A program made the translations under genes and the position numbers. From NCBI RefSeq assembly GCF_009914755.1, contig NC_060925.1: a stretch of 64,000 nucleotides of DNA. One strand, given 5' to 3'. Origin of the DNA: the human T2T-CHM13v2.0 reference genome, Homo sapiens. Below the pieces are notes generated by a model, which was not told where the DNA came from, made no database searches, and was given only the letters and a program-made list of their open reading frames with translations. Each line of letters opens with the position of its first letter. The first letter of the stretch is position 1. Positions 40,623 through 55,041 of this stretch are shown one piece after another.

Positions 40623-41277
40623 TTTATTTAATCTCCATAACGCATTTATGGGTTCAATTCTATTAATATTTCCATTAGATAGGTGAGGAACATGAGACAC
40701 GGAGGACTTAAGTTACTTGCCAAGGACACACAGCTAAAACCTGAGAAGCTCAGGTTGGAACCCAGGTGATGTGGCCTCAGAAATCTTCTCTCTTAACCAC
40801 TATGATACCCCGGACCTCTGCAGTTACCCCAAGAGGGGTCCTGCTTGATTCTTTCTTGGCCTCATTCCATCTGTGAGCCCTTATCATCTGCCCTTGGTGG
40901 GGCACACCTGCCTATTGTGGACCATATGCTGTTGAATCTCTGGCTTGCTTGGGTACACACATAGCTGGATTCCAAGATCCACAGTGGGTCAGACTTATCT
41001 TCTGGAAAATAGCTGAAATTCCTGACACTGACAGCCTGCCTGTAGCATTCGTTCCTTCCCATCCCAAACTCTCTGCAAACCTACTCCACCCGCTGTGTTG
41101 GATACCCCCACCACCACCCCTCATTACTCCCCAGTGACCTCCCCACCCTGGTGAATGAGAATTCTTTCTGGAGGGGCTGAACTTTGGGCCTGCCCAGCCC
41201 CAGCTGCCTGTTATGACATCCTAAAAGAATCTGACTAAGGCCCCCGGGGTGTATGTTAGACACTGCCTGCAAGCTTG

Positions 41278-42510
41278 GAGGCAGTGTGGCCTAGAGGATG
41301 AGCTAGCTGAGTTCCCACTCAATAGATAGTTACTCAGCAAGTTACTTAACCTCTCTGAGCTTCACCAGCTGCAAAACTAAGGGCAATTGGTGTTCATCTT
41401 GTAGTGTTGGTGGAAGGGTCAGATGAGACAATGTATATTTACGTGTAAAGGCATATTTGGGGAAGATCTCCTACACACAAATGCTCTGTATGCAGTATTT
41501 TTTTTTTGAGGGGGTGGGAAATGAAAAAGGGATTAAGTTTCACATCTGTGTTGATATGGAATAGAGAATGAGCAAGGGAGGGCAAAACAGCTATAAACTG
41601 TGCTATGCAGGAGAAGTCCTCTGTAAATACTAATCTTCTCCTCTTCCTATAAGATAGAAGTAGCATCCGATTAGGGGCTGCATCCTAGTGATTAGGAGTG
41701 TAGACCCCGGAGTCAGACTTCTGTGGTTCAAATCCTTATCCCATCCAATGCTAGTTGTGTGACCTCAGGTAAGTTACTTAATCTCTCTGGGCTTTCATTT
41801 TTCTCTTCACATATGAAGCAGGAATAACACCGTGCTTTGCACAAATATTGTGAGCATGCAGGGAGCTGACTTCTGTGGAATGGTTGAACCATGACAGGCT
41901 TTCAGTCAATGTGGGTTCCCTTCTTTAGCCCCCAACCCTGCTAGGGTGTTTGCATTTTAAAAGAGACTGAAGGGAAAAGGGCAGCCTAACTCCTAGGCAT
42001 GAAGTGTTAACAAAACAATTTCATGCTGCAGGGGACTCAAGGAAGGCCGCTACTCCCTGACCATACCACAGTGTAATCACCTATTGTGAGCAGTACAGTG
42101 TGGGGCTAAATCCTGCCAACATGGGATCACTGGGGAGTTTCAGTCTCTGAAACACCTAGTAATGCAAGATATTGAATTTCATGGAAAGTGTTTTGGAGTT
42201 AACATCAGAATATCTGCGTTCTTCATATGATGCCGCCATTTTGTGGCATTGAGCAAGTCACTCAACCTCCATCATTTTCTTCTCTCCCTCCTCAATAGCA
42301 GAAAGAAGTTTCTATAACCCAGAGGTAAGGCACTTTACTTTTGTTTAGTCATTACAATAGCCCTCTCCAGTATGTAATATCATTAACCCCATTTTACAGA
42401 TGAGAAAACCCAGGCTTACAGGGCTTGAGGGGCTTGTCCAAGGACACGCAGCTAATGAGCAGCTGGGCTTTGAACCTAGGCAGTCAGACTCTAGTGCCTG
42501 TGACTTTACC
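41278..42510. mobile_element. MIR copies (41278-41450 +, 41680-41920 +, 42335-42510 -)
   Basis: MIR cores caagttacttaacctctctgagc, tgtgtgacctcaggtaagttacttaatctctctggg, cccattttacagatgagaaaac. Confidence 0.75.
41451..41610 (-). repeat. Ancient dispersed repeat, copy A (homologous to 43941-44096)
   Basis: Manual alignment to the plus-strand copy, roughly 70-75% identity. Confidence 0.75.
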
Positions 42511-43616
42511 ACGAGTCCAAGCAGCATCTTAAGGTTTCCATGTCCTGATCCAAGCCCTGGAGAATACTTGCCCCCTGTTTTCTCCCAGGTAGTTCTAAAA
42601 TGAGATAGGCCAATGGATATGACCATGATGTACTTTGTTAACTGTGAAATGTATTGCCGAGATGTGATGCTGTCCTGCTTACTGTGGCTATGAAGGGCAG
42701 CATTAGCACAGAAGCCTACAGCATGGATATTTTAGAAGGGCAGATTTCAGATATAAGTGAAGATGGTCTTGCCACAGTGAGACCATCTTGAGTGAGCTGG
42801 GCTGTCCCTACCTCCCCCAGCAAAGGAAAGCAGCAGGGGGATTCATTCATCATGTATACAGGACCTGAAGTTCTTAGACCCTGAAGCTCCTAGCACAGGG
42901 CTGGAATCAGGACAGGTGCCCAGTTCAGTGAGGTCCCCTCCTCTTCCTCTCATTGGATGCTCTCCAGCCACTTCACGTTTCCACTTCACATTCAGTAAAT
43001 TCTCATGTTTCTGTGAGGTTACCAGAGCCTGACTTGACCTGAATGTAGTTTAGCCAACTTTATCACAGCTCAGGGGCTGGGGTGGATATGTAGAGAGAAC
43101 ATTTTTCCTGAACTCTGGCTCAGACTCCTTCAACATCTGTTGAAAACAAGGGAGTTTACCACACAGCCCTCTCACAACCAAGTACTCAATTAATGCTTGG
43201 CTCCCCAGAGCGACTTTTCTGAAGAAAAATACCAGTGTTTAATTTTTCTTCACCTCTGTCCATCTTTCTGAGAGAAGGACTCCTGAGGCCAATCATGGAG
43301 AAAGAGTCTTTGGTGTCCCCCCTGCTGTTTGTTGTTCTAATAACCTGGGCCAAAGCATGCAGAATGGGCTACTCAATGCACCCCAGTGTGACCTCCACCC
43401 TGTAGGAGTGGGGGATGGAGGAGGGACTGGGGTATGGAATGATTAACAAGAGAACAGAGGCTCTTCATGAACTTCTGTGTCACAGCCTTGCTCTGAGAGG
43501 GTAGGAGAGCCCTATTTTCCCAGGAAATGGTATGTTGGGGCATGATGGGGGAAGGGGGATGCTATGATTGCCACCAGGACTCTCTCAAACTTTTAAGATC
43601 TTTCGGGTTGTAGGTT

Positions 43617-43787
43617 TGGTCAACCCAAAGTGTGGTCCACAGACCAGCAGCACCACCATCACCTATGTGCTTGAGATCATTTGGAGTGCAGAATCCCAAG
43701 CCCCACAGCAGCTAACGCAATCAAAATCTGCACCTGATCAAGACCCCCAGGCGATGCTTGGGCACACTCAAGTTTAAGAAGCACGAT
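43617..43787 (-). mobile_element. MER5A
   Basis: caaagtgtggtccacagaccagcagc...aatcaaaatctgca...gcacactcaagtttaagaagcac. Confidence 0.8.
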
Positions 43788-43799
43788 CTAGACAAGATT

Positions 43800-44200
43800 G
43801 ACTCAAAGCTCCCAACTGTGTTCCATGGAAGTTCAAAGCCCTAAAGTGGGTTCCATGGAAGTCCAGATCCCTCCCCCAAATGTCTGTGAACTCCCAGGGG
43901 GCTTGCAGTCTTGTAGTTGCCTCTGGAAACAACTGCCTCTCTGCATGGGACAGTGTACAGCTTGTGTTGCCCTCCCCATTCACTTGCTCTGTCTATTCCA
44001 TGTCAACCTGGATGGAAAACTAACCTCTTCTTCAGTTACCACCAAAAACCAACTCATACAGAGCATTTATGTATAGGAGATTTTCCTAAAATGTGCTAAG
44101 AAGGAAGAGTGAAACAAAATATGCACTTTAACCACTTTATATTGAACACAAAATACCTCTGTTCTTTGACCACAAAACAATAGACAATTTTCACTGGCCC
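43800..44200 (+). mobile_element. Ancient repeat, copy B (possibly a hAT-type DNA transposon)
   Basis: Contains the segment shared with 41451-41610 and a 30-bp tandem repeat near its left end. Confidence 0.4.
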
Positions 44201-44439
44201 CTTCACCCCAGATAATCCCTACCCTTCCCCACCTCCCTGGATCATCTCTCACCACCTCTCCTTTTTGGCCCCTCTCCATTCTTCTTTCCCTGACTCCTTC
44301 AGGAGCAAAACTCCCCTCATTTCCTCATACAGGGCAGTAATGAAATCTTTTTTATTGTCTTTACAACATGCTCTCAGGGTCCCCCTTCTGTCCTCTTTGC
44401 CTCAAAAAGACAATGCCTCACACCCATGCTCTGAGGCAT

Positions 44440-44918
44440 GATTCGCAGGGGCCAAGAGGTGGAAGCAGCTGGAGTGTCCATTGACAATGAATGAACAAAC
44501 AAAATGAGGTCTGTATACACAAAGGAGTATTATTCAGCCTTAAAAAGGAAAGAAATTCTGACACATCCTACAGCATGAATGAACCTTGAGCACACTACGC
44601 TAAGTGAAATAAGCCACACACAAAAGGACAAATATTATAGGATTCCACTTATATGAGGTACCTGGAGTGGACAAATCCATAGAGACAGAAAGTAGAATGG
44701 TGGTTTCCCAGGGATGTGGGGTGAGGAGAATGGGGAGTTAATGTTTAATTGGTACTGATTTTCAATTTTGCAAGATGTAGAAGTTCTGGAGATTGGTTGC
44801 ACAACAATGTGAATATATTATACACTACTGAACCATATACTTAGAAGTGGGTAAGATGGTAAATTTTATATTATGTGGGTTTTGTTCACCACAATTTCAA
44901 ATTAAATTTTTAAAAAAA
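44440..44918 (+). mobile_element. L1MB 3' end
   Basis: tattattcagccttaaaaaggaaagaaattctgacac...ggttgcacaacaatgtgaat...caccacaattt. Confidence 0.88.
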
Positions 44919-45429
44919 CTTGGGCAAGGTGTTTATTCCTTTGAGTCTTAGTTTCCTCACTTCTACCTTGGAGACGAATGTGTCTATTCTCCTCTAACTA
45001 CACCTCACAAGGCTGTTTTCAAGCTCACATGAAGTGATATTACTGAAAGACAAGAACAAAGGCATTTCTTTCTCAAGAGCAATTCCAGTGCTGAAGCTGA
45101 AGATAACTCACTTTTCTTTATAGCTAATGTGGCTTCCATTTCCCCTGCCCGTCCTTCCCAACCTCCCCCACACTTCTCTTCCTCTACCATCACTTTAATG
45201 TTGTTGAGTCAATGTTTATTCCCTCCCTCTTTTATGCTGCTATTCTCCCTGGGATTTCAATGAATCTCGAAGCTTCAAGTACCATCTGTGGCCAGATGAA
45301 CAACAATATGTAACTCTCATCTAGCTCTCTTTCCTAAAATTCAAACTAATATATCCTACTGAATTTATCCCCTATGCACCTCAACTCAGCATGCTCAACA
45401 TTGAACTCAGATATGTTATTTTTCAAAGG

Positions 45430-46560
45430 TTCATTTCTCTCTTGTGTTGTTGTCAGAGGCAGCAACAGTGTGTTCATGGCTCTACTCCATATATCTTCTT
45501 CATTCCAAGACCCAGGTTGAAGGAACAGCCCATATTTGGGACATGCTATTATTGTGGAAGAGAAAAAAAAAGACATGGCTGAACATTGCAAATGGTTCTT
45601 AATGTTTCTTCTTGTACTTGGCCTAAATCATTCCCATTTAGGTACCATTGGCTAAAACAAGTCATATACCCAAGTCTGGTGTCAGTAATATGGAGAAGTA
45701 CATCCCTCCTCCAGAGAAACACTGAAAGTCACAGGGTCAAGTTTAGGATGCAAAATTCTTTTACCAGGAGGAGGAGTAAAGAATAATATCCAATCACTAT
45801 GGACACACTGCCTGTGTGTGAGGCTAGCTCCATCTGCAGAAGGGCTACAGTTAGAAGAGTACCCAGATCTCCTCCAGCAGGAACTTGAGGAGGTGCTGAC
45901 CTCCTGAAAGGAAGAAACTGAAGGCTTGTGGGAAAAGTGCTGATCTCATGGGAAAAGAATATCTGAAAGAGAATCCTGCCTCAGCCACTCCAACATTTGA
46001 AATGGCTTAGGAAAATCATTTCATATTCTGGGCCTCCTCTGGAGTGTCTTTCACTTGCCCATGGCCTTCCTACAAGAATCTACAGGAGTGAGTTCCCAGC
46101 AGCAATGTTAGTACATTGTGACCCCACTTCTTGACAATGATTGATTGGATTAGGGGAAGGCTCTTGACCCAGGCTAGTCAAACCAGAGGTCCATCTGTGG
46201 CAATGCAGAATCCAAAAAGAGAGGTACAAGTTCAATCTACCCTGTGGTTGGCATAATAACATATGAATTTGGGAGCCTGCCATTTCTCCAACTATATGTA
46301 CTGAGTAGCTGAGAAAGCCAATCTGCAGAGAAAAATAACTAAAGCTAAGTAGAGAAAAGGGGAGAAAGAAGAGAGGCCACATTGCTTGGGTTCCCTATGG
46401 CTTTCTTTGTTGCAGTTGTTGTCATTTTCAGGGCTCTTCCCTGTAACTCATTCATGAACTTCATTTTGATAAGTCACACTTATATCTTATGATGAATTTC
46501 TCTATTTAGTTTATACTAGCATTAGTTGGTTTCTGTTGCTTGCAACCAAAGGAACTTGGC
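45430..46560. mobile_element. Degraded MLT1 LTRs (~45430-45800 -, ~46090-46560 +)
   Basis: ccattggctaaaacaagtcatatacccaagtctg; agttggtttctgttgcttgcaaccaaaggaac. Confidence 0.5.
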
Positions 46561-46944
46561 GCAATTCACGTTCACCTTTCTGAGCATTAGTTTGTTCACC
46601 TGAAAAATTACAATAGTGATGCTGAGTTACAGGATTGTTGAAAGCATCAAATGGATGTGGGAAATGCTGTAAAATGGAATATTATTGCAGGAAAGAGATA
46701 CCATGGATGGAACAAAATGGCCAAGAGAGAAATTTTGCTCTAAACTTTTTAAATGCTGATTAGAAAAATAATGATAGAAACTAACCAGTAATTTATCAGA
46801 ATATACCAGACACTGTTTTAAGTATTTCATTCATGTTGACTTCTTTAATATTCACATCAAGTTCATTTTGCACAGGTTTTATTCTTATCTTCCATTATGC
46901 AGTTGAGGAAACTAAAATGTAAAGGAGGTTTAATAATAGGATGT

Positions 46945-47143
<199 letters not shown>

Positions 47144-47894
47144 CTAAAAGCCAAGGTCACATAATACTAAGTGGCAAAGTAATATTCTTGGCATTTATAT
47201 CTATTTTCTAATCAGTAAAATGTCACAAATAATAGATATTCCGGGATGGTGCTTTGAGAATAAACTAAGATGTCTTCATGATATATATGGCCCATAATAA
47301 GAGATAATTAAATAATCACTTTCATAAGAATACTCATCATAAAGCTATTTCCTTGTTGCATTGCAAATGAAGAAAATAAGACATGAAATTATGAAGAGGT
47401 AAATTTCAAATAAATAAAAGGCAATTATGTTTACACAGCAGGAGATGGACTCTTAAAGCCAATTAACCCAAGTGAGGAATAGGCTTGAAAATCTGTAGTA
47501 CTTACCATGAAACATGGCCTCAGGCAACCTCAGATTAACAGCTCTCTGGCTGACTCTTTCTAGGGCAATGAATACACCCAACTCTGCAGTACCTGTTGTC
47601 AATACAATCTGTTTTTTCTTTTATTCTCAGCCTTGAAAATGGCATGTCTCCACTGATATAAAGTAGAGGGAGACAAAGACACTGAGAATTACTATATACT
47701 ATTGTATCTTGGAGGTTCTGTGGGCATGATGTCATGTTATAAATGAAAAATGGGAGCTCTAAGAGGTAAAGGAACATGGCTTCAGTCTAACAACCAGTCA
47801 ATGGAAGAGTTGGATTTCAAATACAAGTCTTTACAACCTCAAAGTGCCAGCTTTCCTACCCTCATACCTTGCGATTCCTTGTTAGGTACCTTAG

Positions 47895-48410
47895 CTGCTT
47901 ACCAAGTTATCTAATGTCAATAATTCAAAACAACCATAAACATTTATTATCTCACAGCTGCTGTGAGTCAGAAATTCAAGAGCAGCTTAGCCAGGTGGTT
48001 CTGGCTTGGGGTTTGTCATGAGGCGACAGCTGAGATATCAGTCAGGTCTACAGTCATCTGAAGGCTTGACTGGGGCTGGAGGATCTGCTTCCAATTGATA
48101 TGGCTGGCAGTTTGGTGCTGGTTGTAGGAAGGAGGCCTTGGTTCCTCTCCATGTAGGCTTCTCCATAGTTTACTTGTTTCCTCACAGCATGGAGGCTGAC
48201 TTCCCCCAGAGCAAGCAACTGAAGAGAAACAGTGCCAGGTGGAAGCTATCCTTTTTATGACCTAACCTCAGAAGTCACATAGCATCACTTCCACCACATT
48301 TTATTAATTAGAAATAAATCTCTAAGTCTGACCCACATTCATGGGAGGGAAACTAGGTTTTGCCTTTTAAAAGGAGGAGAATTATGGTCTTGATTTAAGA
48401 CCACCACACT
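47895..48410 (-). mobile_element. MLT1G/H-type LTR
   Basis: atctcacagctgctgtgagtcagaaattc...gtcatctgaaggcttgactggggctggaggatctgcttccaa. Confidence 0.75.
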
Positions 48411-48469
48411 TCGCAACATGAGAATGAACTGGCAGCTCTGTAATGAGTTACCTGTCCTCTGCTTTGAAG

Positions 48470-48960
48470 GAGTCAGAGGCTTCCAATATGTGTCAGGTTA
48501 AAGATCAAAATCCTCAGCATGGCCAACAAGGTCATGCATGCTCTGCCCCTTGCATGCTCTTAGTCTCAAACAAGGTCTTTCCTCACTTTCTATCAACACT
48601 TGGACTACTTTTATTTATCCTAAAATGCCACGCTTTTCCCTGCCTGAAGGCCTCTGCAGAGATGTTTGCTTGGCCCTCTGTGTCCTCTCTTGACTTCCTT
48701 TTGCCTTGTTAACATTCACACATCCTTCAGATCCTGTCAGAGGCTTTCATAAATCTTTGGATTGTTCTAATAATATTTTTTTCATTTACAGTTAGGTATA
48801 GGTGTGATCATTTGACCCATTTGTTTTTCCTACTAGTTTTTAGTCTGTATTGAGACTGCATCTATTTTTTACTCACTGTTATATCCTCAGGATTTTGAAT
48901 ACTGCTGAGCACATAATGTATATTCAATCAACTAAAAATGTGTTGAATGAATGAATGCCT
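48470..48960 (+). mobile_element. L2
   Basis: aaaatcctcagcatggccaacaagg...tgtgttgaatgaatgaatg. Confidence 0.7.
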
Positions 48961-49810
48961 AGACAGCGTTCTTCTCATAGCTGGAGGTGTGCAAACACAA
49001 ATGGTCCCATCTCTTTACAAGTGTGTTTCAGGGGAGATTTTAGCATCCAATCAGGGTTGACTGGATGACTTTTGAGGTTCCTTTACTTCAGAAGAGTATT
49101 TGAAATTCTGTTAGTCTGTGATCCTCTAGTCTCCACTCACTGGCCAGCAAACTCTGCCTCCTTGGCTGACTCACCTGTGGCCCAGCTCTTCCCGCTCCAA
49201 AGACACACCCTCTCATGAGGTAGCATATCTTAGGCTGAGCTAAGATAGGGTCACATCAAGCACAAGGAAAGGCTGTTTTGGAAGCCTCTGGGAACAGCTG
49301 CCTGGTGCTCTGAGGGGGCGCAAGTGATTGGGTCCTCTGTGACTCCTTTAAGAAACTTTACAAGGTTAAGGTTTGTTCTAAAAATAAGCCCACAAGGCTT
49401 TTTTAAAAGCTTCTAAAACCATATGTCCACAACAGCCATTTTTTGAAGGGCCAGTGAGCCTTTAAAACCTTCAAAACCCACTACTTGGCCTGCCTCCCAT
49501 AGTGGGGAAAGTTCAATATGTGGTGTATTTAAAAACAGACCTGCTTTTAAGTCTTCTAGAATCTGCACCTGAAACATTCTGCTCCTATCAAAGTGGTTCA
49601 AGATGGAGATCAGCAAGTATGAGGCTTGTTTCACATTCATCTGGAGGCCACATTCATCCCACAGTGAACAATGACCCCAAATAGCCACAGAACTGCAATT
49701 AGTTGCCTGTAGAGAGATTAGTTCAAGTCATTCTTTCCTGTTGACTCTCTTCTCCCATAGATATCTTCATACTATAGCATGTTGTGGACAATTCCATCCA
49801 AGTGCATAAG

Positions 49811-49842
<32 letters not shown>
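49811..49842. repeat. (CA)n microsatellite
   Basis: Seen directly. Confidence 0.95.
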
Positions 49843-49843
<1 letters not shown>

Positions 49844-49937
49844 GAACCATGGTGTGTCCAAGAAAAATGTCCACCCAGATGGAGTGCTTATCTGATTGTC
49901 AGTAGCAAGTAGGATGGAGCATTCATGTGTTAAATTG

Positions 49938-50050
49938 CTTTCTCCCTTTCTTTCTTCTCTCCCTTCCTCCCTCTCTTCCTTCTTTCCTTCCTTCATTTCT
50001 TCCTGCCTTTTTCTCTTTCTTTTTTTCACTTCTTTCTTTCCCTTTCATTT
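49938..50050. repeat. Polypyrimidine (TTCC/TTTC)n low-complexity tract
   Basis: Seen directly. Confidence 0.85.
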
Positions 50051-50642
50051 TTTGACTAATATAAGAGCCAATCATGTGCCACATACTGAAAATCTACATT
50101 TTGATGGGAAGGCAGGGATTAGAGGTTAGTGGTGAGCAGTAGAAAGGATATCTTGATTAATCAGAAATGCACCCTCCCCAAAGACATGTTACGATTTGTA
50201 GAGGGTTGGAGAGGGGTGGGGATGTGGTACGCCATATTCCAGGCTCCTTGAATGCTTCAAATCTCAATAAGGAAGTTTTTAAATAGATAAGGAAACTGAG
50301 ACCCAGAAAGGTTAACAGTATTGTGGATGATCCCTCGGGTCTATTAGCCTCTATGTATACATGTCTTGCTGCTTCCCTAGCAGAAGAAATCTAGCCATTT
50401 ATAAACAGCTTACCTAGAGTGGGGACAGGGCTCAGTGTTAAGAGAGGTATCAGTATGACATCATATGGGTGTGCAGAGGAAAGCAAAATCCCTTCCAGCT
50501 AACAGGACCAGGGAAGGTCCTAATGTAGCTCACTGGGGCCATGGTAAGGTGGATTATCTCTTCCCTAAACCAGAGAGCTCACTTCAGTCTTCTTTCCGTG
50601 CAAGTGAAATATCTCCGGTTTCTTAACAAACATCAAAAGTCA

Positions 50643-50967
<325 letters not shown>

Positions 50968-50969
50968 TT

Positions 50970-51310
50970 ACTTCCACTCAGTTAAAGCATCATCAGAGGG
51001 AAGGTACCAATCCTTCTTCTATGACATTTTGACAGATTCTCACCCAGCTTGTGCTCACATCCCCAGTGACAGAGACCTTACTACCTCATAAGGTAAGACA
51101 GTTCTGGGCAATTTAGACTATTACTGACTTATTCTCTCTGTCAAGCCACAATCTGTCTCCCTGTGTTTCCACCCACTGGTTCTATATTCTGCAGTTGGAA
51201 CATCAAACTGGTTGACTCCTATGATCATAATAGCCCTACAATACATGAAGACACTTTTCACTTGCTCCCTGGATGCTTCTCTTCACCAAACTAGACATCC
51301 CTGATTCATC
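50970..51310 (-). mobile_element. L3/CR1 fragment
   Basis: ccagtgacagagaccttactacctc...aatctgtctccctg...ttccacccactggttct...cttctcttcaccaaactagacatccc. Confidence 0.6.
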
Positions 51311-51324
51311 CTGGTATAAAGAGG

Positions 51325-51585
51325 TAGTATGATGAGGTAGAAAGTACATTGATTCCAGAAAGGGACTTAATATTAGAGGCATGAATCCTGGCTTCACCAC
51401 TTAAGAATTATAGATCTTTGGGCAATTGATTTCACCTCATGAAGCTTTAGTTTCCTTATCTGCAAAACAGTGATAATAGTATCTATCATAGAGGGCTACT
51501 GCAGAGATAAATTGAAATAATCTATGTGAAACTATTATCAGAATGCCTGGAGTAAAGGAAGCATATAGAAGATGTTACCTAGTGT
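51325..51585 (+). mobile_element. MIRb
   Basis: gaatcctggcttcaccactt...tttccttatctgcaaaacagtgataatagta. Confidence 0.75.
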
Positions 51586-51676
51586 CAGAGGGAAATCCTG
51601 AGAATTGAAGTATTTCTTCCGTTTGGGTGCAGAAAACAATGAGCGGAGAACTCACTTCAAAGAATCATGGCACTGA

Positions 51677-52034
<358 letters not shown>

Positions 52035-52068
52035 AGGTCTCAGGTGCATTCTGAACTAGCCCCAAGAG

Positions 52069-52254
52069 CAGAGATTCTCAAATTTTAGCATCCACCATAA
52101 TCTCTTGGAGGGCTTGTTAAAACAGAGTGCTGGGACCACCCTCAGAGTTTCTGATTCAGTGAGTCTGGGGTGGGACCTGAGAATCTGCATTTCTCACAGT
52201 TCCCCAGATAAAGCTGATGCTGCTGGTCCAGGGACCACACTTTGAGAGCCACTG
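52069..52254 (+). mobile_element. MER5A, near full length
   Basis: cagagattctcaaatttt...ctcagagtttctgattcag...gggaccacactttgagagccactg. Confidence 0.9.
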
Positions 52255-52294
52255 TCCTGGAGCTTAAGAGGAGATATGTAAGAAGTTCACAAAA

Positions 52295-52630
52295 ATTTTC
52301 CTGAGCACTGTGCATGTGCATTTTATATCTTATCTCAACCAGCCCCCCAAACAGTCCTTCAATGGACCTATGTAATCACTTCCTCTCTAGAGAAGAAGAA
52401 ATTAACATTGGAGGTTCATTAACTTGCCCTTTTGACACAGTCAGTAGTGGAGCTGAGGTTGAAATCCAACACTGACTGCCTCAAAATCTGTGCTCCTAAT
52501 GCCCATTTAGCAAAGGAGTAGACTGAGGCACAGAGAGGTTAGATCTTACCTAGGTCACATATGTAATAGGTAGTTGAATTGGTTTTTAATCCAGGTCTGT
52601 CTGACTTCAAAATCCAAGCCCTGAACACAA
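52295..52630 (-). mobile_element. Two MIR fragments
   Basis: gactgaggcacagagaggttag...ccaggtctgtctgacttcaaa. Confidence 0.65.
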
Positions 52631-55041
52631 GCTTCTGTATGATAAAGAGTATGTTGAAGGCCATATTCATTCCAGCTTGGAGCCTCGACGTGTACCCTGG
52701 TACATGATTTTCATTTTGTCCTTTCCTCTTTGCTTGACTTCTTTAGGTAATTGACTTCTTTCTTGAGGTACTTGATGGGGCAAACCTGGTCTTCCTGGTG
52801 CTCGAATGACCACAGAAGGAGAATAACTTAGAACAGGCAGTTCTTCATTCTTCCTCAGCTGGTGTTTTTCCTTCAGCGTCTGGAAAGAAATTTGGCCTCT
52901 GCACACTTTAAATTGGACTATCAATTACTTGTGTTTTGAATATGCAGAGCTCATTAGGGCTGTGTTGGCGGCAGGAGAGCACCTGGACAGGGAAAAGTAA
53001 ACTTGCCTCAGCTATTTCAATCTGTGCCGCCCCTCCGGAGTGGAGCCCAGACTCAGGTTGCCAGGCAGTAATGCAACCACTTATTTCTGTCCTCAGTTAC
53101 TAGGTCATAAATCCTGCCCTGGCACGAAGTCCCTGATTTCTTATGGAAGAAGGTTTAGTTTTAGGAATGACTCTGCTTTCTCAGCATGGGGTTGTACAGA
53201 CATGCAGTGGTTAGGACTCTTGGACTTGAAGTCAGAGTGTTGCTGAGACCTCATTATGGCCCTGTCAATAACCAGCTGCATGTAACCATCACATTCTAAT
53301 TCTATTCCTCAGCTATAAAATGGGGCCAAGTACCTCCCAAGTTTTGCTCAAGTGACACTTGTTTGAGAAAAGAGGTTAGGCATCTGTAAGAGACAACTGA
53401 GGATAGTTGGGTTTATGTGAAGTCCCTGGTTTGGTTTTCTAAAGGGAAAGTGCATATAGAATCCCATACTCTTTTCTGCTCTGGGGCCTTTGCACATACC
53501 TTACCCAGAATGTTCTTCCTTCAGCCCTTTGTATACCTGAATTATTCACACTCTTCTCTTCAAATATCACCTTTTCAAAGATGCTTTCCCCAGTATCCTA
53601 TCCAAAGCTTCCTTTTCTCTCTGTGTCCCAGTTACTCTCTAAAACACCACCCTCTTTCTATCCTTTTCAACATAAAACACAACATGTGCTTATCTTGTTT
53701 ATTTCTTTGATTGCATGATTGTTATCTAATGATTTCATGTGCTACCAGGTTGTTTATATGCGACCTTCTGAATGAGCATTTGCCTGCCCTCTCAGTGAAC
53801 TGCACTCTCCTGAGATTGAAAGGCCCGCTCTTTAAAAGCTGTCTTGTAACTGCTCATCTGGGCAATTCAGGTTTTTCAAACTGAACCACCAAAACAAAAT
53901 GCAGAAGAAAATTGAGTGCTCTGGGTGACACCTGATCTAAAGGTCTTGTATTCTTTAATCTAGCTTTATTGTTTTTATTCATGGTCATTACGTGCTATAA
54001 ATTTGATCTATTGTTTTAAAAATAAGTAGCAGGGAAAATAAAATGAAAAAAGATAATCCTTGCTTTGAAGGAACTCAGTCTAAGAGGCGAGATACACAAA
54101 GTAGCAGACAATCACAGGGCAATTTGGTAAGTTTGCTGATAAGCGTAGCAAAACTACATAGAGACTTTCAAGGTGAAGAAGCATGGAAAAAAATAGCATG
54201 AGCAAAGGCAAAGGTGAGAAACAGCATGGCATGGTCAGAGACTTACAAGTAGCTCAGTGTCTGCTCAGTGTAGTGGAGGGAAATGGAAAGGAATGTGTTT
54301 CAACAGGTCATCAGGAGCAGATGAACAAATACCTCCAGGCCTCACCTCTCCATCGTTACTTTGGGTTAGGGCTGTTTGTTTACTTGTGTATAGTCTGGAT
54401 TCCAGCTTCTGGGTCTGCAGTACCAAGAAGAGTGCCTGCCCAGAATCAATACTTGGTTATTTGTGGAATGAGTTTTGAATAAAAGGACCAGTTCTCAGGG
54501 TTTAGGGAACAGGTGCAATGAAGGCAGCAGGTGGCAGAGATATCTGCATGTTTGGCGACAGGGACAACCATACTGGGGAGAGATGAAAGGAGTTTGCACT
54601 TTGATTGATGTGTAAATACTTCACAAGACTTGGCCCAGCAATTTGGCCAAAATAGCACTGAATGTAGAATAATAATCCTAGCTTTACAGGTCATAATCAA
54701 ATATCATTAAAATCTTGTAGATAACACAGAATAAAGGAAAGTTAGAGCTATGATTTTGTAATTCCCCCCAAATGTTATTATTATATATATCAGCGTCTAG
54801 GTTCAGTTGTCTACCACAATTTAATGGCTTTACTAATAAACAACTAAATGAACAAAAGGATCTTTTGGTAACGAAGGTTAAAAATTCAGGATTTGGAATC
54901 AAATAGATTCAATTTCTGAATACAGTTTTGCCACCTTCCATGTGACTTTGAGACAAGCTAACCTTTCTGACTTTCAGGTGTTCTTTCCATAAAATAGGCT
55001 GAAAATACAAATTTTATTGTGGTAATTAAGTGATGTATGTT

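Noticed and set aside
49305-49322. CTCF-like AGGGGGCGC
   Set aside because: Only the 3' half of the motif matches.
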